This document shows positions 36,250-46,867 of a stretch of DNA of 64,000 nucleotides, one piece after another (the stretch's first letter is position 1; each line of letters begins with the position of its first letter). A model generated the notes under the pieces. It did not search any database. It saw only the letters and a list, made by a program, of their open reading frames with translations, and was not told where the DNA came from. The position numbers and the translations under genes are program-made. Origin of the DNA: Squalus acanthias (taxonomy: Eukaryota); NCBI GenBank assembly GCA_030390025.1, contig CM059433.1:24988001-25052000 (forward strand), written 5' to 3'.

Positions 36250-37200
36250 GGTGATAAGGTTTGATTTGAGGCATGGATAGTGTGATTTGTTCCATAGCTC
36301 AAAGCATCTCATTTCTATGATTGAGTGATTGATCGGGACCTGCTAAGGGTGCTTGGAACTACTGCAGAGAAGTCTGTATAATGCAATGATTGAATCATAT
36401 GAATCTCATTAAGCTCCACCTACATGTGCATTTATTTGGATATTATATTTCTGTATGTAATCTCGTCGAACCTTGTCTATTCATCCAATTTCGAATGGAT
36501 CAAGAAATTCAAAGCTGGAGACTGGAAAAATGTCGGAGAGCTTCTGAAAGTTGGTCAGTTGCGGAGGTTCTCAACAGCAAAAAATGTGCATTGAAAGCAG
36601 TGGAAAAGATCTGTTGTAGCAATGTATCGTGGACTTTGTTTTTCAAAATGGAAAGGATATTCACAGTACCTCAAGAGAAGTCATGAAAAGGGCAATTAAC
36701 CCGTCAGTGACCTTGCTCCTTAGAGGGTGTTGTTTCTGGGAACGTGATGATGCCGGAGGTCCCACTGAGCTGTAGCAGACGTCCATTTAAAAGGCTTCCA
36801 TCTCATATGAACTGAAGGGAATGGATTAAAGATTCACATTATTTCTCATTAATGAAGGGTTCCTGAAAGCACATGAGCATATTCATGGATGGCACCCTCG
36901 AGGTTCTGATGTCTGTAGTGAGGCAAAGGTTGGCACTCAAGGGCATCCTCTGCAATTGTCCGAGATGTTGGATCACAGGGTGATTATACAACATCCAGAG
37001 GACCTGGCTGCAAACGTGGAAGAAGTTAATGGTACCCGGCAGATTTCTACAAGAAGCATCTGATCCAAGTATGATACCAGAGAGTGTGCCTCAGAACCTG
37101 GTCGCGTCTCGACAGCTTTCATGCATCTTTACAGGCTGCATGACACCATTGGGTCACAACCCGGCTGCAACTTACCTCAATTGTTGTTACACGGAAATCA
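36250..37200. pseudogene. Highly decayed Harbinger remnants (Myb/SANT exon on + at ~36870-37030; possible transposase on - upstream)
   Basis: IFMDGTLEVLMSVVRQR and RTWLQTWKKL match the Myb/SANT-like exon 1 pattern. Confidence 0.5.
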
Positions 37201-40200
37201 TAACGGCCTTCACATAGCGATTCCTTCTAAAACACCCAGCTGTATGATAATATTCAGCTAGTGACACACGGGATGGGCTGTAGCTTGAGCACAGGTGTGT
37301 CACTGCGCGAGCGCTTTAAATTTCCACAGCGCATGACTACTTCTCTACTTGGAGGACAAAGTGGCTCATAATATAAATGAGGAAAGCCCCCAAAAAATCA
37401 AGCCCTTGACTCCTTTTTAGGAGGCCGCCCGAGGCATCCTTGCCCATGAGAGAATTAAAAAGGAAAAGGTGATGCCAGCGGCTATCCCAGGCCATCCTGT
37501 GCAGTTGTCTTTTTTTAATTAATTCATGGGATGTGGGCGTCGCTGGCATTTATTGCCCATCCCTAATTGCCCTTGAGAAGGTGGTGGTGAGCCACCTCCT
37601 TGAAACGCTGCAGTCCGTGTGGTGAAGGTACTCCCACAGTGCTGTTAGGTAGGGAGTTCCAGGATTTTGACCCAGCGACGATGAACGCAATATATTTCCA
37701 AGTCAGGATGGTGTGTGACTTGGAGGGGAACTTGGAGGTGTTGATGTGTTCATGTGCCTGCTGCCCTAGTCCTTCTAGGTGGTAGGGGTCACAGGTTTGG
37801 GAGGTGCTGTTGAAGAAGCTATGGCAAATTGCTGCAGTGCATCTTGTAGATGGTAAACACTGCAGACACGGTACGCCGGTGGTGGAGGGAGTGAATGTTT
37901 AAGGTAGTGTATGGGATGCCAATCAAGTGGGCTGCATAGTCCTGGATGGTGTTGAGCTTCGAGTGTTGTTGGAGCTGCACTCATCCAGGCAAGTGTTCCA
38001 TCACACACCTGACTTGTGCCTTGTAGATGGTGGAAAGGCTTTGGGGAGTTTTTGTTGACAGGACACACCTGGGCTATTTTCCACTTTGTCGGGTAGATGC
38101 CAGTGTTGTAGCTGTACTGGAGCAGCTTGGCTAGAGGCAGCGGCTAGTTCTGGAGCACAAGTCTTCAGCATGACAGCTGGGATGTTGTCGTGGCCCATAG
38201 CCTTTGCTGTATCCGGTGTGCTTTGCTGTTTCTTGATATCATGTGGAGTGAATTGAATTGGCTGAAGACTGGTGGGGACCTCAGGAGTAGGCTGAGCTGC
38301 ATCATCCACTCAGTACTTCTGGCTGAAGATGGATGCAGACACTTCAGCCTTGTCTTTTGCACTCACATGCTGGGCTTCACCATCATTGAGGATGGGGAAT
38401 TCAGCTCCTTTGTCCATGTATGGACCAAGGCTGCAATGAGGTCTGGAGCCGAGTGGTCTTGGTGGAACCCAAACTGGGCATCAGTGAGCAGGTTATCGGT
38501 GAGTAAGTGCTGCTTGATAGCACTGTTGACGACACCTTCCATCACTTTGTTGATGATTGAGAGTAGACTGATGGGGCGGTAATTGGCCGGATTGGATTTG
38601 TCCTGCTTTTTGTGGACAGGACATACCTGGGCAGTTTCCACATTGTCGGATAGATGCCAGTGTTGTAACTGTTCTGGAATATCTTGGCTAGAGGCGCGGC
38701 TAGCTATGGAGCAGAAGTCTTCAGCACGACAGCCAGGATGTTGTCGGGGCCTTTGCTGTATCCAGTGCGCTCAGCCATTTCTTGATATCACGTGGAGTGA
38801 ATCGAATTGGCTGAAGACTGGCTTCTATGATGTTGGGGACCTCAGGAGGAGGCCGATATGGATCATCCACTCGGCACTTCTGGCTGAGGATGGTTGCAAT
38901 CACTTCAGCCTTGTCTTTTGCACTCACGTGCTGGGCTCCACCATCATTGAGGTTGGGGATATTCATGGAGCCTCCTCCTCCCGTTAGTTGTTTAATGGTC
39001 CAGCACCATTCATGATTGGATGTGGCAGGACTGCAGAGCTTTGATCTGATCCGTTGATTATGGGTTTGCTTAGCTGTGTCTATAGCATGCTGCTTCCACT
39101 GTTTAGCATGCATGCAGTCCTGTGTTGTAGCTTCACAAGGTAGGCACCTCATTTTTAAGTATGCCTGGTGCTGCTCCTAGCATGCTTTTGTACACTCTTC
39201 ATTGTACCAGGGTTGGTCCCCTGGCTTGATGGTAATGGTAGAGTGAGGAATATCGCCGCCATGAGGTTACAGATTGTGGTGGAATACAGTTCTGCTACTG
39301 CTGATGGCACATAGCGCCTCATGGATGCACACTCTTGAGCTGCTAGATCTGTTCTGAATCTATCCCATTTAGCACAGGTGGTAGTGCCACACAACACGAT
39401 GGAGGGTGTCCTCAGTGTGAAGACGGGACTTTGTCTCCACAATGACTGTGCGGTGGTTACTGCTACCAATACTGTCATGGACAGATGCATCTGCGACAGG
39501 TAGATTGGTGAGGACGAGGTCAAGAAGGTTTTTCCCTCATGTTGGTTTTCTCACCACCTGCTGCAGGCCCAGTCTGGCAGTTATGACCTTCAGGACTTGA
39601 CCAGCTCGGTCAGTAGTGGTGCTGCCGAGCCACTCTTGGTGATGGACATTGAATGTACCCAGAGTACATTTTGTACCCTCAGTGCTTCTTCCAGTATTGA
39701 TTCATCAGCTGAGGGAGGGCGGTAGGTGGTAATCAGCAGGAGGTTTCTTCGCCCATGTTTGACCTGATGCCATGTGACTTCATGGGGTCTGGAGTCAATG
39801 TTGAAAATTCACAAGGCCACTCTCTCCCGACAGTTTACCACCGTACCGCCACTTCTGGTGGGCCTGTCCTGCCAGTGGAAAAGGATATACCCAGGGATGG
39901 TGATGGAGGAGTCTGGAACTTTGAAAGGTATGATTCTGTGAGTATGGCTATGTCAGCCTGTTGTCTAGTCTGTGGCACAATTTTGCCACAAGTCACCAAA
40001 TGTTAGTGAGGAGGACTTTGCAGGGTCGACTGGGCTGGGTGTGCCTTTGTCGTGTCTGAATCCGGTGCCTAGGTCGATGCCGGGTGGTCCGTCTTGTAAG
40101 GTTTCCAAAATTTGCAGATCCCCAAAACCTAAGGGAAAAGGACTTTGGAACTACCTCAGAGTGATAAAAATTGCATTTGGGCCTACTCTAAGAAATATAA

Positions 40201-41533
40201 GACCAAAACCCAAGTTTTGGCATTTTAAAAACATGTCTGGGCCTGTAAAGGGAGAAAAGGCTGTGAAGGAAGTTGGGTGCAACCTCTGTAAAAGCAGTTT
40301 TGGGTATTGCAGTTAATTGCATTGTCTGGGGAACCGGGATAACCTCACTCAAAGCCCCAGCACGCATTAACATTTTGACAATAGACCCTGGGAGAAGACA
40401 GTCCCACCCAAAACAACAGGTCCCATCAAACCGATTACAGGGCCCATCAAGAAACATGCATAATACAGAGCACCCAGGATTAGGCTATAGATCAGCCTAG
40501 GAACCCAAAACACAAAACCAATCACCAGCAATCAGCCAAGAAGATCGACAGGATGCAAACCATCCCAAAAACCCATTTGACACTTACAGAGCAGTTACTG
40601 GTAGCAGGCCCGCCAAATTCAGACAATGAACTGAACAGATTTGGCGGGTAGATAAGGCCATATTCAATGGGTCAGATTGAAGGCCTGTTAAAAACCCAGT
40701 TAATTTGCTAGTAAATCGTTACCGATTTACAAGCCCGCCAAAACTAGACAATGAACTGAACAGATTTGGTGGGTAGATAAGGCCACTTCAATTCTGTATA
40801 ATTGAAGGCCCACCAAGCACATACCGAGCTAGCTAGAAGAGAAAGAAACAACACAGTTCAGCGTTCGTTGGGTCGAGCAGTCAGTCGCAACCGGTGGTCA
40901 TCAGAAGGAGGAGAGACCAAGAAGAAGAAGGCCCGAGCTGGAAGCGAGTCGGCATCGCTCACCACTCAGACACACCTGAGTCCAGCTCGCGAAGACACCA
41001 CCGCGACGGACCCCCAACAACGGCCCCAACACAGTCACCCAGAGCAACAAGCAGCAACAAGCCACCGACGGCTCCACGAGGTCGACCGACACACCAACCA
41101 AGGCCTAAAGCCATCGCGGAAACCAAAGGCCTCACGAAACCAACAACCGCGCATTACCCCCAACTGATCGGGTAATCGCAGGCCACCGCGACCAACAAAG
41201 ACCAACTCCAGGGAAGAAAACCTGAAGAATCGCAAAGTTTCCACACTACAAACTATTCCTGACTTACCCCTGGGTAAGATTTTCCCCAAAGACTCTAAGC
41301 CCTACTGCTGAACTAAAGAAATTGGGTACTCACCAGATAAATCCAAAACGACATCCTACCGCATCAGCGGACTCGCGAAGACTGACCAGAGACCCAGGTG
41401 AAGTCCTCTACCGCATACGGGGTACGGCAGACACTAACCGCCATAAACAGCGAACCCCAAAACCGCGATTTAGCCCAACTGTCAAAGGACTGGTGAGCAT
41501 TATCCCATGTCCTTCAAAACCTAACTTAGCTAA

Positions 41534-41986
41534 GCGAACAGCAACCAAGACACCACACAACCCTGCCATGGCAACCTCTGCAAGACATGCCAAATCATGG
41601 ACACAGATACCATCATCACACGTGAGTACACTACCCACCAGGTACACGGTACATACTCATGTGACTCGGCCAACGTTGTCTACCTGATACGTTGCAGTAA
41701 AGGATGCTCCAGAGCATGGTACATCGGCGAGACCATGCAGACACTGAGACAACGTATGAACGGACACCGCGCAACAATCGCCAGGCAGGAGGGTTGCCTC
41801 CCAGTCGGGGAACACTTCAGCAGCCAGGGGCATTCAGCCTCGGATATGCGGGTAAGCGTTCTCCAAGGCGGCCTTCGAGATACACGACAGCGCAAAATCA
41901 TAGAGCAGAAACTGATAGCCAAGTTCCGCACTCATGAGGATGGCCTCAATCGCGATATCGGGTTCATGTCACGATACAGAACGTGA
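41534..41986 (+). CDS. 5'-truncated Penelope ORF: CxxxxCxxC linker + GIY-YIG endonuclease (open frame, 150 codons)
   Basis: PCHGNLCKTC..VVYLIRC..WYIGET..LRQRMNGH..HF...H..RKIIEQKLI..GLN. Confidence 0.88.
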   Translation, partial: ANSNQDTTQPCHGNLCKTCQIMDTDTIITREYTTHQVHGTYSCDSANVVYLIRCSKGCSRAWYIGETMQTLRQRMNGHRATIARQEGCLPVGEHFSSQGHSASDMRVSVLQGGLRDTRQRKIIEQKLIAKFRTHEDGLNRDIGFMSRYRT

Positions 41987-42208
41987 CTTGACATCATGGC
42001 CGGTCTTCCCAGGTGTTTTTTTTAAAAAAAGGCTAACACAAGAACCTACACAGATTGACAGGATATGCAGCCAGCAGGTGGTTTGACACGTTGGACCCCC
42101 TGGGACACATCTCATTGTCTTGGCTATGCTCTTTGATGTAGGAAAGATTTGAATATATTTTGTCTGTGTTTAAATTGTGAATTCTGGGAGATTCTCTCAC
42201 TGCTAAAC

Positions 42209-42247
42209 TTACCTGACGAAGGAGCGAACTGCTCCGAAAGCTTGTAA
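42209..42247 (+). ncRNA. Minimal type I hammerhead ribozyme motif
   Basis: TTAC-CTGACGA-A-GGAGC(GAACT)GCTCC-GAAA-GC-TT-GTAA. Confidence 0.8.
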
Positions 42248-42959
42248 AATTAAATAAATCTGTTGGACTATAACCTGGTGTTGTGCGACTTCTAACTTAG
42301 CTAGTAAAGTGGTGTTGGGAGGGGTGAAGTATTGTTCTACTGTCATTTCCCTCGCTTGTACCGAAGTGTTCCCCACCTTTAGAGTGATAAGAGTGTTATT
42401 ATTTATGTCTTACCTTTTAATAAAGATTGAAGTTCTTTCATCAAACTCAGTTGTCTGCTGCACCTTTTGTATCACAACCCCCAAATAAGTCCAAGGTCTA
42501 AAACCAAGGGAGTGGGAGCGATTCGAACCGCTCAGAAGTCAGAGGTAAAGCTGACACAAAAACACCACCCCCTACAGTCTGGTTTTATATTCTTCAGTTT
42601 TTGATATAACTGAGTGACTTGCTAGGGCATTTCAGAGGGCAATTAAGAGTGAACCATATGGAATCAATATGGAGTCACATCAAGGCCAGACAGGGTAAGG
42701 ACAGCAAATTTCTTTCCTTAAGGGACATTAGCAAATCAGATGTGTTTTTACAACAATCCGGTAGTTTCATGGTCACCTGATGTGATCATTTCATACTGCT
42801 TCTAGCTTTTTATTCCAGATTTATTTAATTAACTGAATTTACATTCCCACCTGCTGTGATGGGATTTGAACTCATGTTTCCAGAGCATTAGTCCAGGCCT
42901 GTGGATTACTAGTTCAGTAACATAATCACCTTGCTCCCACACACCAAAAGATGCTGGAT

Positions 42960-43760
42960 AGCTGACAGGGTGATTACGCAACACCCAGAGGACCTGAGTG
43001 CAAATGTGAAAGAAGAGGGCTTGCACCAACTTGCTCTTGTTTTTGTTTTGCCCATTTTCTCCCTTACTAGCACACAGGCATATGCACAAACACATCACAC
43101 AGTGTAAGTTCTTTGTGAAGGCATCTCTTTGAGCAGCATTGTATGTTATTGTTGGCCTGGACAAACAATCTGTCAGCATTGCAAGTGGCCTGAGAAAATC
43201 AGCACTTCACAACACCCTGTGTCATTCTCACTAATGTTTGCGAGCACCAGCAGAGCTACAGACATGCTGGAGCATGTAGAGAAGCAGCTTGAGAAGGAGT
43301 TAACACAGAATGCCCAGCTATGGAGGATCAAGTGGCAGTGCCAGAGCAGGAGCAGAAACCTGCTTGCCATTTGGCCACATGAATGCCATTAATTGACTCT
43401 CCAGTACTTGGGAAGTCCAGCAGTGTGGGGGAAATTTAGCAGGCATGTCTTGCTTCTGTTACTAATCAGTGGAAAATGAGAGGAAAGCACTGGCCATGTT
43501 CAATAATGCACCAGTCACTTGTCTGTAAGCAGGAAACTGGCTGATACTGTAGATGTTGCTATGTTGGACTAAAAGGATGCACAGGCATAAAGGTTGAAGG
43601 CAGAGGAGACCTTGACAGCCACAGGTCGTGCTATGCGTATGGTGGAGGTAAGGTATAGTGTTTTTTTTACAGCAGATGGCACATCTCTGCCACTGTCTCT
43701 TTACCAAACCTGGGTTTTCCTCGATGGCTGGTAGGTGACCATGGGCCTACACATACATTT
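42960..43760. pseudogene. Fossil Harbinger (ORF2 remnant on +, transposase remnant on - at ~43440-43740)
   Basis: The minus strand reads RFGKETVAEMCHLL and SISQFPAYRQVTGALLNMASAFLSF, compared with RFSKEVVTELCHLL and NISQFAVHCCIRQVTNALFKRRREFISF. Confidence 0.65.
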
Positions 43761-43818
43761 AGTGGCCTAATGGCTGGTTCAGCATAGTTGGTCCCATCTG
43801 ATCTCTCCCGTATCACTA

Positions 43819-44030
43819 AAGAAAGAACTTGAATTTATATTGCGCCTCTCATGACCTCAGGAGGACGTCTTAAAGCGCTTCACAGCTTCACAGATAAATA
43901 TTGGCCAAGACACTAGGAGAACTCCCTTGGCCTTCTTTGAATAGTGCCATGGGACCTTTCACAACCACCTGAGAGCGCCAATGGGGCCTTGGTTTAACAC
44001 CTCATCCGAAAAGAGCTACCACTGAGCCAG
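43819..44030 (-). mobile_element. Degenerate, internally deleted DeuSINE-like SINE
   Basis: Tail AAAGAACTTGAATTTATAT and core GAATAGTGCCATGGGA. Confidence 0.7.
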
Positions 44031-44631
44031 TATACCGTTTTGATCTTATTTGTTCTCTTGTAAGAAAAAATTGAAAGCAATTGGTATATGTTGCAATAGA
44101 ATGTAATGAAGCTCTCGCATATTCTGTGTGAGACAGCAACTCAGATGGGAAACCAGGTGAGGGAACTTATGTAGTGCTTTGCCAGCTTTGTTTATGATTC
44201 AGATTTCCAGTTATTTTTAAATATTTTAGCTACTTCAGCCTGAAAAAACCTCTGCTCCATTTTACATTTTTTGCCATTTCCAAAATGAATGTTTTATTGC
44301 AGCATGAAAGTACATTTGGTTTAGCATGCAACTGCCAATAGGTTAAATACTTTCTTGCCTGTTTTCTATAGTACTTTTACCAAATAACATCAAAACTGTT
44401 GTCAAGTGAGTTTGAAGAAGTAATCTGTTAATTAAACAGCTCAAGTTCTATATGGTTCAGTGGTTTTATATTCTGTCAGATTCTGTGCTCAAAGTAAGGT
44501 TAAGAAAATTATATCAGCAGTTTAGATAACAGAAGACAGTTGTGATGGGAACAAGTGGTGATCTTTTTGGATGAGGAAGGAATTGGTAGCCTGATTTTGA
44601 ATGAAGGGACTCTGGTGATATTGTCAGCGAA

Positions 44632-44845
44632 AGAAGAAAGAAAAATTTGCATTTATATAACGTTCCCACTTTTCTCAGAAACTTTACTTTGAAGTGCACA
44701 GCAAGATTCCACAAACAGCAATGAGACGAATGACCAGTTGATGTGTTTGTGATGAAGAGGGGAATGTTGACCAGGACACCAGGGAAACTGAATAGTGCCA
44801 TAAGATCTTTAACATCCACTTGAACAGGCAGATGAAACCAAGTGG
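44632..44845 (-). mobile_element. Degenerate DeuSINE-like SINE
   Basis: TTGCATTTATATA tail, CACAAACAGCAATG and AATAGTGCCAT core pieces. Confidence 0.65.
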
Positions 44846-45812
44846 TCAATTGTTTTTATTTCTCTCTCTCCCTGCGTAGTTTTACCTTACCCGAACTTAT
44901 TGCAACCAAGATCAGGTATCGAAAGTGTACTTGAAGCAGACTTGAATCCCATGCTAGGGATTACATAGCATGACACATTAGAACAGAAGTGCACTCTGTA
45001 TACAAAATAACTACTGCACACTGAATGGGGTAACATGGAACTTTGGGCGATAGTGTATAACGGGTGATATCGATTCAGCCGCCCGTTATACATTTCTCCC
45101 CATTTTCATTTCCATTGGCTTCAATGTACCCAACTTGTTAAACATCTTAAAAAGTCTGTTATGCATATTCTAAATGTTTAAAGGACAAATCAGAAAAATG
45201 TACAAAGCTGTGGCAAATTGCATAAATCAAAATATTTTCTAAATAAATAAAATATTTTTTATTTTTTTACTGAATTACTGTTGGAGTCTTTGCAAGTTTA
45301 AGAAATACCATATAAAAATAGCACTAAGTCACATTTTGAGAAGTTTTAAATCAATGTTTATGGATTTATGTTTTTGTTGCTTTTGGATATAATTTAGTCT
45401 GACTGCCTCTTGATATTTCAATGTCACTAAAATATTTAAATAAAAGCTAATTCTAGTTACAGCATAACAATTTTTATTGATAAATATTATTTGCTAGTTC
45501 CCTGAAGGAAAATAAGCTCCCCTACTGCTTTGATTAGTTTTAATACTTTTATTAAGAGTTGAATTTTCCTTGAACTTTGGAGACATAAATTATTTAGTGT
45601 TCATTTTTTTTCCAATTTTCACTTTCTCCTGAAGATATTGGCTCAGACTGGAGTATGGTTCCACAAGCATTAGCAGCCCTCCAGTACTTTACCCAATTGG
45701 CCATTTATCAAATGGTAGCCTAAATAGTGAATGTCAGCAGGTTAATCAACTGTAGGAGAGATCACAACCAAACCCAATCCTTTCTTCAGCCATCACTCTT
45801 ACATGTCACAAA

Positions 45813-46158
45813 GTCATAGAGTCATAACGGCACAGAAGGAGGCCATTCGGCCCATCGAGTCCGTGATGGCTCTCTGTAGAGCAATCCAATCAGTCACATT
45901 CCCCCGCTTTGTCCCCGTAGCCCTGCAAGTTTATTTCCTTCAAGTGCCTATCCATCCTCCCCTTCAAAACATTGAGTGTGTCCGCTTCCACCACTTCCAT
46001 CGGCAACGAGTTTCAGGTCCTCACCACTCGCTGCGTAAAAAAGTTTTTCCTCACATCCCCCTTTGCCCGAAACCTTAAATCTGTGTCCCCTAGTCCTTGT
46101 ACCATCAACTAGTGGGAACAGTCTTTCCCCGTCTAGCCTATCCAAACCCGTCATAATG
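45813..46158 (-). mobile_element. CR1 3' fragment
   Basis: ORF 45948-46181 GLDRLDGERLFPLVDGTRTRGHRFKV, and a CR1 3' UTR. Confidence 0.85.
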
Positions 46159-46867
46159 TGCAATTTTCCAGCATGGATCACTAATCAGGAGCAAGAGCCT
46201 TGACTGAGCTTTCATTTCCCTAAACCTAGAAACACAGGGATTGAACTTGGAGCCTTCCTACTCTGTGTGGTTCAGCCCCTCACTCACTTAGTCAGTGATC
46301 TAGGGCACGCATTGGCAACATTTCTAAAGGTAAATTAGTGGATCTTCTCTGGCATTGTACATAGGGTGTGCATCTGAAAGGGGCAGGTGTGGGGGTGGTG
46401 GAGGTTGCAGGGTTTGGGCGGTTCTGGTTGCTGGAGAGCATCGGAGGAGTGTGAAGCTGTAGTTGGGCCATGAGCCGGTAGTGTAGAGGTTGTGGACAAT
46501 GTTGCTAATGGAGTTGAACTAGACATGGCAGGTGAATCCACAGCCCATTTAACACTTCAATGGTAAAGAAAATCAGGTAGGGTGTAAAAAGGGCTGCCCA
46601 TTGACTATCAGCTTGTTTTGCACCCTCTGGCATTTACCAATGTCACCCCCATAGAGTACAAAAACAAAGCGGTTATATGAAACCTATACAAATCGATGGT
46701 TATGGCACAGATAGGATATTATGTAGAGCAGCACAATAGCAAAATACAGCAGGTGCTGGAAATCTGAAATAAAAACAGAGCATGCTGGAAACACTCAGCA
46801 AGTCAGGCAGCATCTGTGGAGAGAGAAACAGAGTTAACGTTTCAGGTTGATGAACTTTCGACAGAAC

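Larger units (their letters stand above)
41533..42291 (+). mobile_element. Penelope-like element (Neptune-type) 3' fragment
   Basis: GIY-YIG ORF end plus a 3' terminus with hammerhead. A 12-bp TSD CTAACTTAGCTA lies at 41521-41532 and 42292-42303. Confidence 0.92.
40095..42576 (+). mobile_element. Solo LTR (ERV1- or Gypsy-type), ~1.7 kb after removing the Penelope insert
   Basis: TGTAAGG...CCCTACA termini and a 4-bp TSD GTCT (40091-40094, 42577-42580). It has internal ~55-bp direct repeats (~40607, ~40733), a TATA-like site at ~40797 and AATAAA at 42419. Confidence 0.85.
37508..42930 (-). mobile_element. Near full-length CR1-group LINE (family B), rearranged, with tRNA-like 5' head, interrupted by a solo LTR
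   Basis: The 3' end is at 37508, RT/APE remnants run to ~40010, and the 5' UTR resumes at 42577 after the GTCT TSD. B-box GAGTTCAAATCCC lies at ~42861-42873 (-). Confidence 0.85.
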
